The translations under genes were made by a program, and so were the position numbers. Shown one piece after another: positions 23,915 to 36,782 of a DNA stretch of 64,000 nt. The notes beneath the pieces were generated by a model that saw nothing but the letters and a program-made list of their open reading frames with translations, searched no databases and was not told where the DNA came from. Numbering within the stretch: the stretch's first letter is position 1; each line of letters begins with the position of its first letter. The stretch lies in assembly GCF_001194135.2 (NCBI RefSeq), contig NC_068983.1:42496189-42560188 (forward strand). Reading direction: 5' to 3'. Source of the DNA: Octopus bimaculoides (lineage: Eukaryota).

Positions 23915-24060
23915 GCATTTAAACAGGCCTTACTCAGCCTGAATATTCTACCTGTTTTAAGCTCAAACCAGCCAGATCTGACCTCTCATACCTCTGCTAC
24001 AATGTCATTCTAAAAGTAAACAATCACATCATTTGAAATCATGAAGCTGCAAGATAGTAT
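23915..24060 (+). mobile_element. Non-autonomous DNA element P2 fragment
   Basis: Its 3' part (AAACAATCACATCATTTGAAATCATGAAGCTGCAAGATA) is similar to the reverse complement of 51240-51300. The related copy at 50903 begins TTAACCCTTT. Confidence 0.5.
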
Positions 24061-24114
24061 TGACTAATACCTTCCTCTTCATAATAGTGGACCTTGAGCC
24101 AAAATAAATCATCA

Positions 24115-24357
24115 TTGGCATGTAGAAAGCACCATTCAAGCGTGGTTGATGCCAGTGCCACCTGACTGGCTCCTGTGCTGGTGGCACATGAAAAGCACCC
24201 ACTGCACCCTCGGAGTGGTTGGCATTAGGAAGGGCATCCAGCTGCAGAAACCTTGCCAAATCAGATTGGAGGCTGGTGCAGCCTCCTGGCTTGCCAGTTC
24301 TCAGTCAAATCATCCAACCCATGCCAGCATGGAAGGCAGATGTTAAATGATGATGAT
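24115..24357 (+). mobile_element. Family A element
   Basis: Complete A body and CCATGCCAGCATGGAAGGCAGATGTTAAATGATGATGA tail. Confidence 0.8.
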
Positions 24358-24359
24358 TA

Positions 24360-24965
24360 ACAAATTCTTAGAAGTCAGGCAAAGTGCTTTACAGTATTTC
24401 TTCTGGTTCCTTAGATCCTGGGTTCAAATCTTTCAAAGTTCTTTACCTTTTGTCCTTCTCAGGTTAATAAAATAAAGCACAGGTTAGGGTTAATATAACT
24501 AAACTTCTGGCTCTGTGCAAACAGAAACCATTATTATTATTAGTTTTTAAGAGAAAACCATGTATGCATTCATGCCACATAAAAAGCACCCAGTACATAC
24601 TGCAAAATGGTTGGCATTAGGAAAGGCCTTAGAAACCATGTCAAAAGAGACAACTGGTACCTGGGCAGCTGTCCAACTGGCTAGCTCGTGTCAAACTGTC
24701 CAACCCATGCCAGCATAGAAAATGGACATTAAATGTTGCTGATGTTAAGCTGCCTGGATTATTACTGCACTGGATAAAATGATTGGCAGAAATTTTTCTG
24801 ACACTTTACAGTCTGAGTTCAAATCCTGCCTGTACCAACTTTGCCTTTTAAATTTTTCAAGGTCAATAAAATTAAGTATCAATCGCATACTGGTGTCAAT
24901 GTAATTCACTATGCTTTTCCCCTCAAAACTATTATTGGCCTGGTAACAACATTAGAATGAATTAT
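24360..24965 (+). mobile_element. Degenerate C, A and C copies in tandem
   Basis: B-box-like GGTTCAAATC and GAGTTCAAATCC; A tail at about 24700-24745. Confidence 0.55.
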
Positions 24966-25454
24966 TCTTTGATTAAATTTTTAAAAAATGCAAAAAGAAT
25001 TTATAGTGAATAAAGGATATTTTGGGAGGATGAATAAGGAATGGTAAGCAGCAACAGAAAAACAATAAAACTATTACAGGAATGTCGAACCATAAGAAAA
25101 TACTGGAAGGTAGAACATCCAGATTTTTGTTGTTTTTATTTCTTTTATCAATGACCAGGAACAAGCTCTGACAGATGCCTGACTGTCTTCAAGTGAACAA
25201 ACAAGCGGGGTATAAATAAAAAAAAAATAACAGTCAACTGAGTAGGCAGTTAAGAGTAATCAGTGAGGCTTGCTTTAATTTTACAACATAAAATCTTATT
25301 TATAGTAGCACAAAATCAGTGAGATGAATAAATAATAGACAAGTTACATGATTAAGCATAATTTCTCCAAGAAATGTTGGTGATTCTGGTCAATTATTTC
25401 TGGTTTAACACTCTTAATCTACAGAACGAATATGTAAAAAACATACACATCATA

Positions 25455-25855
25455 AAGGATGGCTGTGTGGCAAGAAGCTTACTTCCAACTTGGTCCTGAG
25501 TTCAGTCCCACTGCATGGCACCTTGGGTAAGTGTTTTCTTTCATAGCTTTGTGGGTGGATTTAGTGGATGGAAACTGAAGGAAGCCCATCATGTACATAT
25601 ATATCTATCTTATCTATCTATATACACACACACACACACACACATATATATGTGTGTGTGTGTTTGTCTGTCCCTTACCACTGCTTGACAGCTGGTGTTG
25701 GTGTGTTTATGTCCGCCATAACTTAGGAGTTTGATAATGGAATAAGTACCAAGCTTAAAAAATATGCAATGGAGTCGATTCATCCAACAAAAAATCCCTC
25801 AAGGTGGTGCCCCAGCATGGTCACAACCCAAAGACTGAAACAAGATAAAAGAACT
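25455..25855 (+). mobile_element. Family B SINE, full length with internal microsatellite
   Basis: GGATGGCTGTGTGGCAAGAAGC ... CCCAGCATGGTCACAACC...GAAACAAGATAAAAGA. Confidence 0.8.
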
Positions 25856-27984
25856 AAACAAAAATCTTCAAAGTTTTAGCGTGAATACATATCACCATAA
25901 GCCAATGCAAGGGCTGCTGCATTAAGCCCCTGGCCTGCAAAAAAAACAGGGGACAAATCTTGCAAGATATTCTCTTATCTCAAATTAAAACAAATCAGAG
26001 ATAACAAAAAAAAAAAANNNNNNNNNNAAAAAGGGGCCTGCTTTAGTCCATAGCTTTAGTTGATCAGGAGTATCCTGCTTTACCACCAGGCACCCTTATT
26101 ATTAGCCATCACTCTCCTTTGCATCATTTCTTCCATAATCAAACATTGTTGGCATCACTCATTTCCAGAACTTCTCAATCACTGATTCTCCTCCTATTAT
26201 TATCTTTCTTCCGCCATCATTTCATACATTTGTATTCCATCTCTTATCAACAATCCTTGTGGAGCTAGTTCCTTTATTTTATACACTATCACCTCACTTC
26301 TACCACTCTAGTTCTCTTTTACCACCCTCTTGTTTATGTTGCTTTTATCCAGTACCCTTACCAACAACCATCATCTAGATGTCTTTCACACCAACAATCT
26401 CTCTTCCATGCTCTTATTACTTATTACTCTGGATTTTTATCTTATACTCCCACCTCCGACTCTGGTTCTTCTACCTACTTTGGAAAAGAAAGGAGTGACT
26501 ATAAAGAAATAATGCAGAGGTTCTCTCCAGTCTGTAAAGGAAACCATTTAATACTGATAAAAAGAAGCAAATATAAAGAGTGAGTACTCTTTAGTACTGT
26601 TGTAGACTAGACAATCTCTTTACTGTAATGGTCCTATAACCTTCTTTATCACCAGCCACTTTTGAATGTGTTACTTATCCATTGCCTTTTTCCTCTCCTT
26701 AGCACATGAATGCTGGGAAAATGAAGGGTAAGTAATGAAGCTGTCTGGAGGTTTAGCTAAACTAAATCTTCAAATTTCCTTACCATAAATAGCCATCTTT
26801 TACTCAATTATTTTCAAATGCCAGCTTTCATCCTTTTCCCATCTACTATCCACAAACTTTTCTCACACATGCACACACATATATATATATATTCTTTTAC
26901 ATTGTAATCCTCGTAAGCTCCCAGTAAAATCCTTCATAAATAGAACTGAATTAAATTGCCAAGAATCAAAATGACAATCCTATAGTTCTGTCCAATCCAA
27001 AATTAGCAAAGAAAAGAAAATTAATGTAAAAATGATCATAATGAAACTGAAGAAATATTTCACCAACATCATCGTTTGTGACTATGAAATATATCTTCTC
27101 ATATATCCCCATTATTTAAACATTTGTTCTTCCCATGCGATAACAAAATAAACAATGTCCACAAACATGGATTTGTCATTCTACCCACCACCTCTCTGAC
27201 TATCCCAGCCAACCCCCATCAGTAGCGGCCTTCCACACCATCTTAATAATTTCTAATGACAGTTCTATTCTAATGTTGTCTTTCTCAGCAAACATCACTG
27301 TAATGAGAAATCGACTGCGACATATTTGAGTTGCCTGAGATTGAATAAATAATTACATCTATAAGTAAAATAAAATAAAAATAGATCAATAAACACCAGA
27401 ACAGGATATGAAGCTGTTGACTCAGTTTATAATTTGCTAAATTCAAAATTAAGAAGTTATTTACATTTTGCTTTTCAAACTCGTTTTTATTTATAAACTA
27501 AACTCATCTTGCCATATTACAATGAATTCCAGCCTGTATCATATGAAACACATGTGATGGGTATTTGCATCAAAATCACTGACAATTATCATATATTTGC
27601 TGTAGAAATTGAAGGAAGTTCGGTGCTATCACCCAACTACTCAATCAGTATAAAACAAGAGGGGGGAAAAAAAAAAAGAAAGAAACAGTAGAAGCCTCTG
27701 ACCAGATTAAACTGCTAAAAGTCTTTGCCAAATGTTCCACTCCAATCTTTCCCAAACATGAAATCCTGTGATATACTAACCACAGAATTAATTTCAATTG
27801 TTTCATGAGAAATTTTAATGAAGGAAAGCTTTGTATATTATGTTAAATGATATTTCTCCACAAACAACATTATAAGAATTTCATTTGGAGAACTTGCCTA
27901 CAGGACTTCTGATGACAAACCAATTGCAAAATTTATCATTAAAAATTATCTAGTCTTGGCACAAGATTCCATTACCCTTTTGTT

Positions 27985-28360
27985 GGCACAGGTGTAGCTG
28001 TGTGATTAACCAGATTGTTTCCCAAGTGCATGGTCTCGGGTTCAGTCTCACTGCATAGCACCTGAGGGAAGTGTCTTCTACTATAGCCTTGGGTTAATCA
28101 AAGCCTTGTGAGTAGATTTGGTAGATGGAAACTGAAAGAAGCTTGTGTGTGTATGGGGAGGGGTCGCCGAACACCATTTGACAACTGGTGTCGGTGTGTT
28201 TAATTTCCCATAACTTGGTGGTTGGGGAAAAGCGAGTGATAGAATAAGTACTAGGCTGAAAAGACAACAACAAAAAAATTACTGAGGTCAATCCATTTGA
28301 CTAAAAATTCTTGAAGGTACTTCCCTAGCAAAGCCATAGTCTAAAAATAGAAACAAGTAT
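27985..28360 (+). mobile_element. Family B SINE, degenerate
   Basis: CAGGTGTAGCTGTGTGATT...GATAGAATAAGTACTAGGCT...GAAACAAGT. Confidence 0.75.
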
Positions 28361-28699
28361 AAGACACCAAAATACATACTAACTTAGAATTGTTGGGAAT
28401 TCATACCCCTATACCTTATGGTGAACATCTTGAGATGAGAAAAATAAACAACAATGCTGGTGAAGGTTTACATAAAATTATCATAAAGCTATCATTCCCA
28501 GAAAAAGAAAGTTGTATAAATATTGTCGATGCCAAAATAATTAAGTTGGAAACTATCCCAGATTAGAATTAAACAATAATTCCAGCAGAGACCAATTTAG
28601 TTGGCGTTATATCAGACTCAGTCAGTCTGAACAGTGAAAACGGTCTCTACCTGTAAAGGAAGCAAGATAGCTTGGAAGAGTGAAAAAACATAATAGAAA

Positions 28700-28950
28700 A
28701 TACTGTGTAAAGGCACTGGTGCTGGTGCCACATGAAAGGCACAGGTGCCACGTAAAAGGCAGTGGTGCTGGTGCCATGTAAAAAGCATCCAATACTCTCT
28801 GTAAAGTGGCTGGTGTTTGGAAGGGCATCCAACTGTAGAAACCATGTCAGTACAGACAATGGAGCTTGGTGCAGCTCCTGGCCTTGCTAGTTCCTGTCAA
28901 ACCATTCAATCCAAGTCAGAAAGGAAAACATGATGATGATGATGATGATT
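28700..28950 (+). mobile_element. Family A element
   Basis: Two short internal units, A body, (GAT)n tail. Confidence 0.7.
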
Positions 28951-28989
28951 TGATGAAATATAGCAAATACTACCAAATATGTCTCAAAG

Positions 28990-29248
28990 ATCATCATCAT
29001 TATCATCATTGTTGTTTCAAGATCTACTTTTCCATACTTGCATGGGTTGGACGGAATTTGTTGAGATGGATTATTTTCTATGGCTGGATGCCCTTCTAGT
29101 TGCCAACGCTCACCTGTTTTCAAGTAAGGTAATATTTCCCCCAGGGTTTCCCCAGGTTTTTGTGGAAGATTGGAAGCAGATACAATGCTGGCATGACAGT
29201 GACAGTCACTCACAACTTTCACATGTCAAAGCAAAGAGAAAATAACAC

Positions 29249-29250
<2 letters not shown>
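28990..29250 (-). mobile_element. Family F element, tail-to-tail with the preceding A copy
   Basis: (CAT)n, TTTTCCATACTTGCATGGGTTGGACGG, then the F body. Confidence 0.7.
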
Positions 29251-29295
<45 letters not shown>

Positions 29296-30289
29296 GAAAA
29301 TGGAGAAAACCATAGATTAACCAACACATCGATTGGACCCCTTGACAACCTTGATAGGGCAGGCCTCATGAAGACAATCCAGTTGTAGCAAGCCCATCTC
29401 TGTTTTTTTTCTAGTATTTTATTGATTAGGTTATCTTGTGTCTTTCCAGTTTTGACATTTAGTTGCTATTTCAAACAGAATGAGGGAAAGCAAAGATTCT
29501 CCTAGTTGCAGTAGAGGATGGTATTTTAAAAGAGATAATTAAGTGATCAGGTTATTTATGTTGCCATTATTATTGAGGAAGTTCCAATAAATTCTGATAG
29601 ATAATGGCTAGTAAGAAACAGAAACTAATAAGGTGGTTGGTTGGCTGCTTGGTTGCAAAAGAAAGGTGTAAAAGTTTGTTTAATGTAGAGCCTATACTAA
29701 TTTCCATGCAATTTCCATGAATATAGTAGAGTAGACGGGATATAATCTGTTTCTGCAATGGCTTGTTCTCCTACAATCAAAGACTTTGGCAGTAGATACA
29801 GTAGAGATGAGAAAGGATCAATATACTTGTTATCTATGAATAAGAAATGGTAAGCAACCAAACTCAGAGACTGGCTGACCATAATGTCATTACTTTGGTG
29901 TGTATTAGTGTTTGTCCAGATCAGATGAAAGACCTGATTCTGGGTCACTTTTGTAATGTTTAGCTGAAGACTTCTTCAATAAGATATTAACAGGCTAGAT
30001 CTGTGGCTGGTGCAAGGTTCGAACCAGATGGAAAGGGACCTGATGATGGAGTGGTACTGTAGATCGAAACAGGCTTAGAAAGACTGGATGGAAGAGGACA
30101 GAAGGTAAGAGGTGAGCAATGTTCTGAATTGCAAGGAAGTGTACAGGACAGGATTATGATGCTGAAATTAAGTGTGCACAGAATGGCACCAGCATATTTG
30201 TCCTTGATGAAACTAAAAAGAAAGTGGCATGCAAATGTTATGCGCAGTTGTTAAATAAGGGGTAAGCATGAGGGGAAAGACAACGATAC

Positions 30290-30736
30290 AGATGCATCCA
30301 ACCAGGTTATGAAAGTTAGGAAGAAAATCAACCAAATGGGATGCAGTTTGGGTTTATGCAGCACAATACACTGCCAATGTTTTTTTAGTGAGACAGTACT
30401 TAGCTAGGAGTGAGCCAGTCTGCCTAACTTTTGTTAATCTGGAGAAGGCTTTGGCAGAGTTCCTTACTCTGTTGTCTGGTGGTTGCTACAAAAAAAAATT
30501 AGAAAAAAATGAAGGGTCTGTGAGAGGAGTGCAAGCCATGACTAGAGGTGCCATGTGCAAGTTAAGAATTAAGGAGTTCATTGTGGAATTTAGCATGCAG
30601 AATGGTGTGTATCAAGGGTCAGTTTTGAGCTTCCTTCTGCCTAACAGATGAGTTCAAGATCAGTTGCCAATGGGAACTCCAGTATGCTGAATCCAACTAG
30701 AGAAAAAATTTTAGAGTAAATGTAACAAAGACTAAG

Positions 30737-30774
<38 letters not shown>

Positions 30775-31495
30775 AACGCAAGAAAAAAATAAAATAAAAT
30801 AAAAGCCAATACTGTGTTGTTGTGGTTGGGAAAGTGGCCAAGGTTGACATACAGAAAAAGAATTGGTAGGAATTTCATAAGGTGCACCTACTGTAAACAA
30901 CAGATGCATAAGATGTAATAATGGGATCACAGGCAGATTGCCAAGGAAGGTAGACTTCATATGCAGCATATGCAAAGAAGTTGGAGTAAGAGTACATGTG
31001 AAATAAAATCCCTGAAATGTCCAGAATGCTACCAAGAAGTAGTTGATAGCTTTTTGTTATCTAGGTAATCTAATTAGCAGTGGAAGTGGGTGTTCTGAAA
31101 ATATAACTGCCAAAATAGGAACTGGGTGGAGAACATGAGGAATCTGTTACTATTTCAGGTAGCAAAAGAATGAAGGGCAGATTGTATGATGCTCTCAGAA
31201 TGAAGGGCAGACTGTCTGATGCCCTCAGAATGAAGGGCAGATTGCATGATACTCCCAGAATGAAGGTCAGATTGTATTATGCTCTCAGAATGAAGGGCAG
31301 ATTGTATGATGCTTGTGTACAAAGTGTGATGCTGCATAATAGTGGATTTTAAAACGCTGATGAGAAATGAGGCCAGTATGCTCCACTGGATGTATAACAT
31401 GAATATAAGCATGAGTGAAGTACAAATGGTTTGAGCACTCCAAGTGGATAGATCTTGTAGAAGAGGAAACAACGAAGACATTGGGACAAAGTGAC
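30290..31495 (+). pseudogene. Decayed RTE-clade LINE reverse-transcriptase fragment
   Basis: Broken-frame peptides MQFGFM, FVNLEKA, GVYQGSVLS, ELQYAES (YADD-equivalent), VDSF(C)YLG, LRMKGRLYDACVQSVMLH. Many stops and frameshifts. Confidence 0.8.
31167..31313 (+). repeat. 30-bp tandem repeat, about 4.9 copies (AGAATGAAGGGCAGATTGTATGATGCTCTC)
   Basis: Units at 31167, 31197, 31227, 31257 and 31287; in frame, encoding (RMKGRLYDAL)n. Confidence 0.95.
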
Positions 31496-31499
31496 GCAT

Positions 31500-31800
31500 G
31501 ATACTCTGTCAGTTACAATGACCAGTGTTCCAGCTGATCTGATCAATGGAACTGCCTGCTTGTGATATTAATGTGCAAGTGGCTGAGCACTCTACAGACA
31601 CCCTTAATGTTGTTCTCAGGGAGATTCAGAGTGGCACAGTATATGACAAGGCTGACCCCTTTGAAACACAGCTATCACTAATTTTTGCCAGCCAAATAGA
31701 GTGGAGCAATGTGCAATAAAGCATCTTGCTCAAGGACACAATATGTAACAAGGAAGCAAACTCACGACCTTATACCCTAACCATTAAGTCACACATCATC
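31500..31800 (-). mobile_element. Family V SINE carrying the family D tail
   Basis: GTGCAAGTGGCTGAGCACTC...GACAAGGCTGACCC shared with D; TCTTGCTCAAGGACACAA domain near the head. Confidence 0.7.
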
Positions 31801-32561
31801 ACACAGTGATGAAGACTAATTTGAAAAGGAAGAACCTCATAAACAAGCTGACAAAAAGCCATGACACAGGCTCTGCTGGAATGAATCTACCAAACATATA
31901 TAAGCACAAAAATAAAGAGAAAAAAATGCCCTTCTCCAATGATGTAGTCTCCCTACTATCACTATCCTTCCCCTATAACACCACCTGTGTAATGAGGGAC
32001 AGCGAATCCTTGAAACTGTCTGTATGTTATCTCTCTCTTACCAATACTCTTCTTTACTGCTAACCAATCACTCTCTCTGTTACAAACTACATCCTTCCCT
32101 GTAATTCCTTACTGCTATCCACCACTCCTACTCTCTTACATTCACCCATCACTCTCTCTTTTATCACCCTCTCACATCTATTACTAGTTTTCTTTTGTCA
32201 CTGCCCCTTTTAACTCTCTGATGCTAGCAAATGAACAAATGGAGATAAACTAGACAGGATTCTATAACGCACAGCAAAGTTAGTAAAACAAGAAGGTCAA
32301 CTAGTCATAGATATCAAGTCAAAAATGGTTCACAGAAGTGAGATATTGTCTCTAACACATCTTGGTGGGCAGCAATGCCAATTAAGAACTGTTCCAGTCT
32401 ACCATGATCTGCCAGCAGCAAGAGGAAAGGGATGCAAACTGTTGTTGATGAGGATGATGATGATGAATATGTCGTTAACATTTGTGTAGATTGATACAGA
32501 CCAAAGCCATCCATTAAAGCTGAAGTGTATTTTGTCAATGTGCTGTGTGTATGCATGTGTT

Positions 32562-32596
<35 letters not shown>

Positions 32597-33178
32597 GTGC
32601 ATGAGTAGGCCTGTGTGCATGTGGTCAAGATCCCAAGATGTGTTGGTCATTACAATTACATTGAGATGAAATTGTAAGAGTTCTGTGAAGGATCCATTAG
32701 ACGTGAGATGGAGATGTGACAGGATCAGACTTAACAAGAAAATATTGTCAGCATTTCTGGAGGAAACACTGGAGTTTCCTGATGGGATTCTAAATGATTA
32801 AGAGTGCAGCATCTAAAGTGAAGGAAAATGATACGATTACAATGGATGATGACAGCTGGACGAAACACTGTTGTGATTTGTTTAGTGGTTAAGAAACGGA
32901 GACTAATGAAAGAGTTGGGTTTTAATATAACCAGAGATAAAGAGAGTGTGGCGGAGGTAATTATAACTCATGGAAATAATCAATAAAGACTAAAGGGAAG
33001 AGATGCAATAGTACCAAATATATTTAATTGATGCCAGTCAAGAAAGAGCCTCTATGTGGTGCCTGACTGGCTAGAAAAGCAGAGAAATTGCACAACATTG
33101 AGAAAAAAAATAAAAAAGAGAAGAAATGTCTCAGAAAATGTAATAAACAGTATTTTTGAAAATATAATATTGTTCTAT

Positions 33179-33322
33179 TTAACCCTTTGTTGCCCTATTT
33201 TTGCCGAAATACACTTCCTTTGTTTGAATTAATTTGGAAAATGAGAGTTTAATGAAATAGCTTTGTCATCATTAAACTTGTGTTTGGAGCATAAATTGAC
33301 ATGAAATTTTAATGGATAGATT
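33179..33322 (+). mobile_element. TTAA-flanked MITE P1, 5' part
   Basis: TTTAACCCTTTGTTGCCCTATTTTTG...AAATTGACATGAAATTTTAATGG; homologous to 34717-34942. Confidence 0.65.
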
Positions 33323-33324
33323 TT

Positions 33325-33482
33325 CAGTAATTCCTCAACTATCGCGAGTGTTACGTTCCAACACCCACCCCACCTTACCCCGCAATAGCTGAAAATCTGC
33401 AAAGTAGAAACAGTACTGCAACGTATATGTTTTTTTAATTATTTTTATAATTTGTATATATTAATTTTATTATAAATGCAAA
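33325..33482 (+). mobile_element. Tigger/pogo-like non-autonomous DNA element end, interrupted by SINE D
   Basis: CAGTAATTCCTCAACTATCGCGAGTGTTACGTTCC resembles Tigger-type termini (recalled). The host sequence continues after 33884. Confidence 0.45.
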
Positions 33483-33872
33483 GTGGAAGCGCACTGGCCC
33501 AGTGGTTAGGGCAGTGGACTCGTGGTCATAGGATCGCGGTTTCGATTCTCAGACCAGGCGTTGTGAGTGTTTATTGAGCGAAAAAACCTAAAAGCTCCAC
33601 GAGGCTCCGGCAGGGGATGGTGGCGAACCCTGCTGTACTCTTCCACCACAACTTTCTCTCACTCTTACTTCCTGTCTCTGTTGTGCCTGTAATTCAAAAG
33701 GCCAGCCTTCTCACACTCTGTGTCACGCTGAATACCCCGAGAACTACGTTAAGGGTACACGTGTCTGTGGAGTGCTCAGCCACTTGCACATTAATTTCAC
33801 AAGCAGGCTGTTCCGTTGATTGGACCAACTGGAACCCTAGACGTCGTAAGCGACGGAGTGCCAACGACAACA
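33483..33872 (+). mobile_element. Family D tRNA-derived SINE, full length, 12-bp TSD
   Basis: TSD TATAAATGCAAA at 33471-33482 and 33873-33884; A-box TGGCCCAGTGG, B-box-like GGTTTCGATTC. Confidence 0.9.
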
Positions 33873-34716
33873 TATAAATGCAAAACAACACCACGGAGGG
33901 GTCGACGTAAACTTAAATAATAAGCCATGATATATGGCAGGGGTTTACTGTAAATTAATCACTTTAAAATAGGAAGTTTGTACCATAGGACCAGGGTTGG
34001 TCTCAAAACAGTTAATGAAAATTTATCATTAAGTAAAAATTGCAACAAAATGCCAACATTAGATATGGCTTCTTTCCAGATCCTATTCTTTAAGTAATTA
34101 GTTGAACCATTCAACAAAATCTCGTAGAGTTGCAGCCACATGCACACATACGAACACACACACATGCATAGAGTTGTCAGGAGTATGTTTCTATTTTCTT
34201 GGCAAGTCAATTCTGTATTGATAAAAATCTATTGTAAAATGTCCAAATTCAATTATTTTGTCAGTTATGTCTTTGACTCTCATTTAACCCTTTCGATACC
34301 CAAACTGCCCAGGACTGCTTCCAGTTCTGTTACAATAGAAAAAAATTAAAAATTAACCCATTAGCATTCAGATTACTCAGTCACAACAACGTCGGGTTAT
34401 ACTGCTAGTATATATATATATATACCCCTTAGAGGTTTCAGCACCTCTAACTTATACCTTACATAACTTATATATATGCATAAAACACTGTAAAGTGGTT
34501 GGCATAAGGAAGGACATCCAACCCAATGCTAGCATGAAAAACAGACAAACTATGGTAAACTTACTCTGCAGTCTCTAATGTAATTCAGTGTATATAATAT
34601 TTAAGTAAACTGAAACGTAATGAATGCAGTTGGAACGGACTACATGAGTGTCATACATCTGATTGAACAAGCTTAAACCGAAGTTAAATGACAAGAATAA
34701 AATGCAAACTGCTATT

Positions 34717-34942
34717 ATTAACCCTTTTGTTACCATATTTCTGTTGAAATACATGGACTTCATTTCAGTTAACTTTGAAAATAATTAACTATTTATAAAA
34801 ATTACTTTGTCTTTATTAAGCCAGTGTTTAGAACACAAATATGAAATTTTTATGGAAAATTTTAATTTAGATCACTTTAGAATAGGAAGTTTATATCATA
34901 GAACCAGAGGCAATCTTAAGACATCGGCATCAAATGAGTTAA
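34717..34942 (+). mobile_element. TTAA-flanked MITE P1, complete (about 220 bp), piggyBac-like termini
   Basis: Starts TTAACCCTTTTGTTACC and ends CATCAAATGAGTTAA; many other copies in the window. Confidence 0.75.
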
Positions 34943-34954
34943 CATCAACATCAG

Positions 34955-36030
34955 TCATCATTATCATCATCATTGTTTAACGTCCGTTTTCCATGCTGGC
35001 ATGGGTTGGNNNNNNNNNNNNNNNNNNNNNNNNNNNNNNNNNNNNNNNNNNNNNNNNNNNNNNNNNNNNNNNNNNNNNNNNNNNNNNNNNNNNNNNNNNN
35101 NNNNNNNNNNNNNNNNNNNNNNNNNNNNNNNNNNNNNNNNNNNNNNNNNNNNNNNNNNNNNNNNNNNNNNNNNNNNNNNNNNNNNNNNNNNNNNNNNNNN
35201 NNNNNNNNNNNNNNNNNNNNNNNNNNNNNNNNNNNNNNNNNNNNNNNNNNNNNNNNNNNNNNNNNNNNNNNNNNNNNNNNNNNNNNNNNNNNNNNNNNNN
35301 NNNNNNNNNNNNNNNNNNNNNNNNGCACTGGCAACGACCCGCACATGAATGGTGCTCATTGTGTACCACCAGCACTGGGAGCCAGTGAGGCGGCACTGGC
35401 AACGACCCGTACATGAATGGTGCTTATTGTGTACCACCAGCACTGGGAGCCAGTGAGGCGGCACTGGCAACGACCCACGCATGAATGGTGCTTATTGCGT
35501 GCCACCAGCATGAGAGCCAGTCAGGCAGCACTGGCATCGGCCACAACTACAATTTCCATTTGATTGTGATTTGATTTTTGATCTTAATTTCACATGACTC
35601 AATAGGTCTCCTCAAGCATGGCATGTCACCCAACGATTCAAAGGTATTTTTAAATGGGCTGGTTATGCAACACTGATACAGGCTACAACTGTGATCTCAC
35701 TTTACTTGCCGGGTCTCCTCAATTACAGCATATCTCCAGAGGTCTCATTACCTATTCCATTAGGTAATATCTTTCTCATCTCTCACGCTCGCAAGCAATA
35801 TTTCCTTCAGGTTTACAATACAAATATTGGCAGATCCCACCTCTTCATGCTACACAAACACCCTGCCTTAACTGCTCAGGCCTCCATTGTTAACAGCATT
35901 ATATGTCTCTCCTACATTCTAGTGTATAGAGAGAAACATTCCAAAGTATCACTTCTCGAAATGTTTTCCACCAATTCCACTGGAGTCAGCCTGTTATTAG
36001 TATCAGTCATCAATAACTATACCACTCACG
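34955..36030 (-). mobile_element. 5'-truncated RTE-type LINE: ORF C-terminus, 3' UTR with 67-68-bp tandem units, (GAT)n tail
   Basis: The minus strand encodes DLWRYAVIEETRQVK* near 35700-35745. Units start at 35325, 35393 and 35461. Family A tail at 34955-35009. Confidence 0.75.
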
Positions 36031-36094
36031 TAACCTAACTTATCTACTAATTCTATCATACTAAAACAACAAGCCAATATCTCCAGCACAAAAT

Positions 36095-36782
36095 TCTTTA
36101 AGCTGTTAACTTTCCAATTAATTTTGAAAATAATTACTAAATTTGGGAAAAATAACATTTGTTATTATTATGCATGAAATTTTTATGAAAGGCTTTTAAT
36201 TTAAATCATTTTCAAACAGGAAGTTCATACTATAGAACCAGAAGTGGTCTCAGCTGGATTGGAAGCAAGAGGATTCATTACTTTGGCACACCAGAGAAGA
36301 TGTAGAACTGTGTTCCATTGTACACAAAAATAATTGCTATTTCATAAGACTGTGTCATTTCCTGAGGTAGTTCAAGGAGTTAATTAACCAACTATTTAAC
36401 TCTTGTCACCATATTTCTGTTGAGATTCACTATTGGTAGTAGTTCAATTAATTTTAAAAATATGAAAGAATTTAGAAAAATAAGATTGTCATTAAGCTGG
36501 TCTTTGGAACATCATTTGACAGGGAATTCTGAAGGAAGGGCTTAACTTTAGGTCACTTCACACTTTAACCATTTTGTTATTTTTGTTTCAACGATAAACT
36601 GCATTTGTTTCAATTAATTTTGAAAAATGAAAGAATATTGTAAAAATAACCTTGTCATTATTAAAATGGTGTTTGGAAGAAAACATGAGATTTTGATGGA
36701 AGATTTTAATTCAGATAACTTTAAAACTGAAAGCTTGTAAACGAAAACAAAGTGCGGACTCAGGATGGCATCAAAAGGGTTA
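36095..36782 (+). mobile_element. Three tandem MITE P1 copies
   Basis: Repeated AATTAATTTTGAAAA...CATGAAATTTT...TTTAATTTA; the last copy ends CATCAAAAGGGTTAA (36782). Confidence 0.75.

Noticed and set aside
26703-26727. 25-nt plus-strand microexon (TCCTCTCCTTAG...GG|GTAAGT)
   Set aside because: Good splice motifs, but no other plus-strand exon is supported and the length is not a multiple of 3; it needs RNA-seq support.
33483-33560. tRNA genes at SINE heads (families B, C, D, V)
   Set aside because: A/B boxes are present but no complete cloverleaf was evident, and each head continues into a SINE body; D copies also have TSDs.
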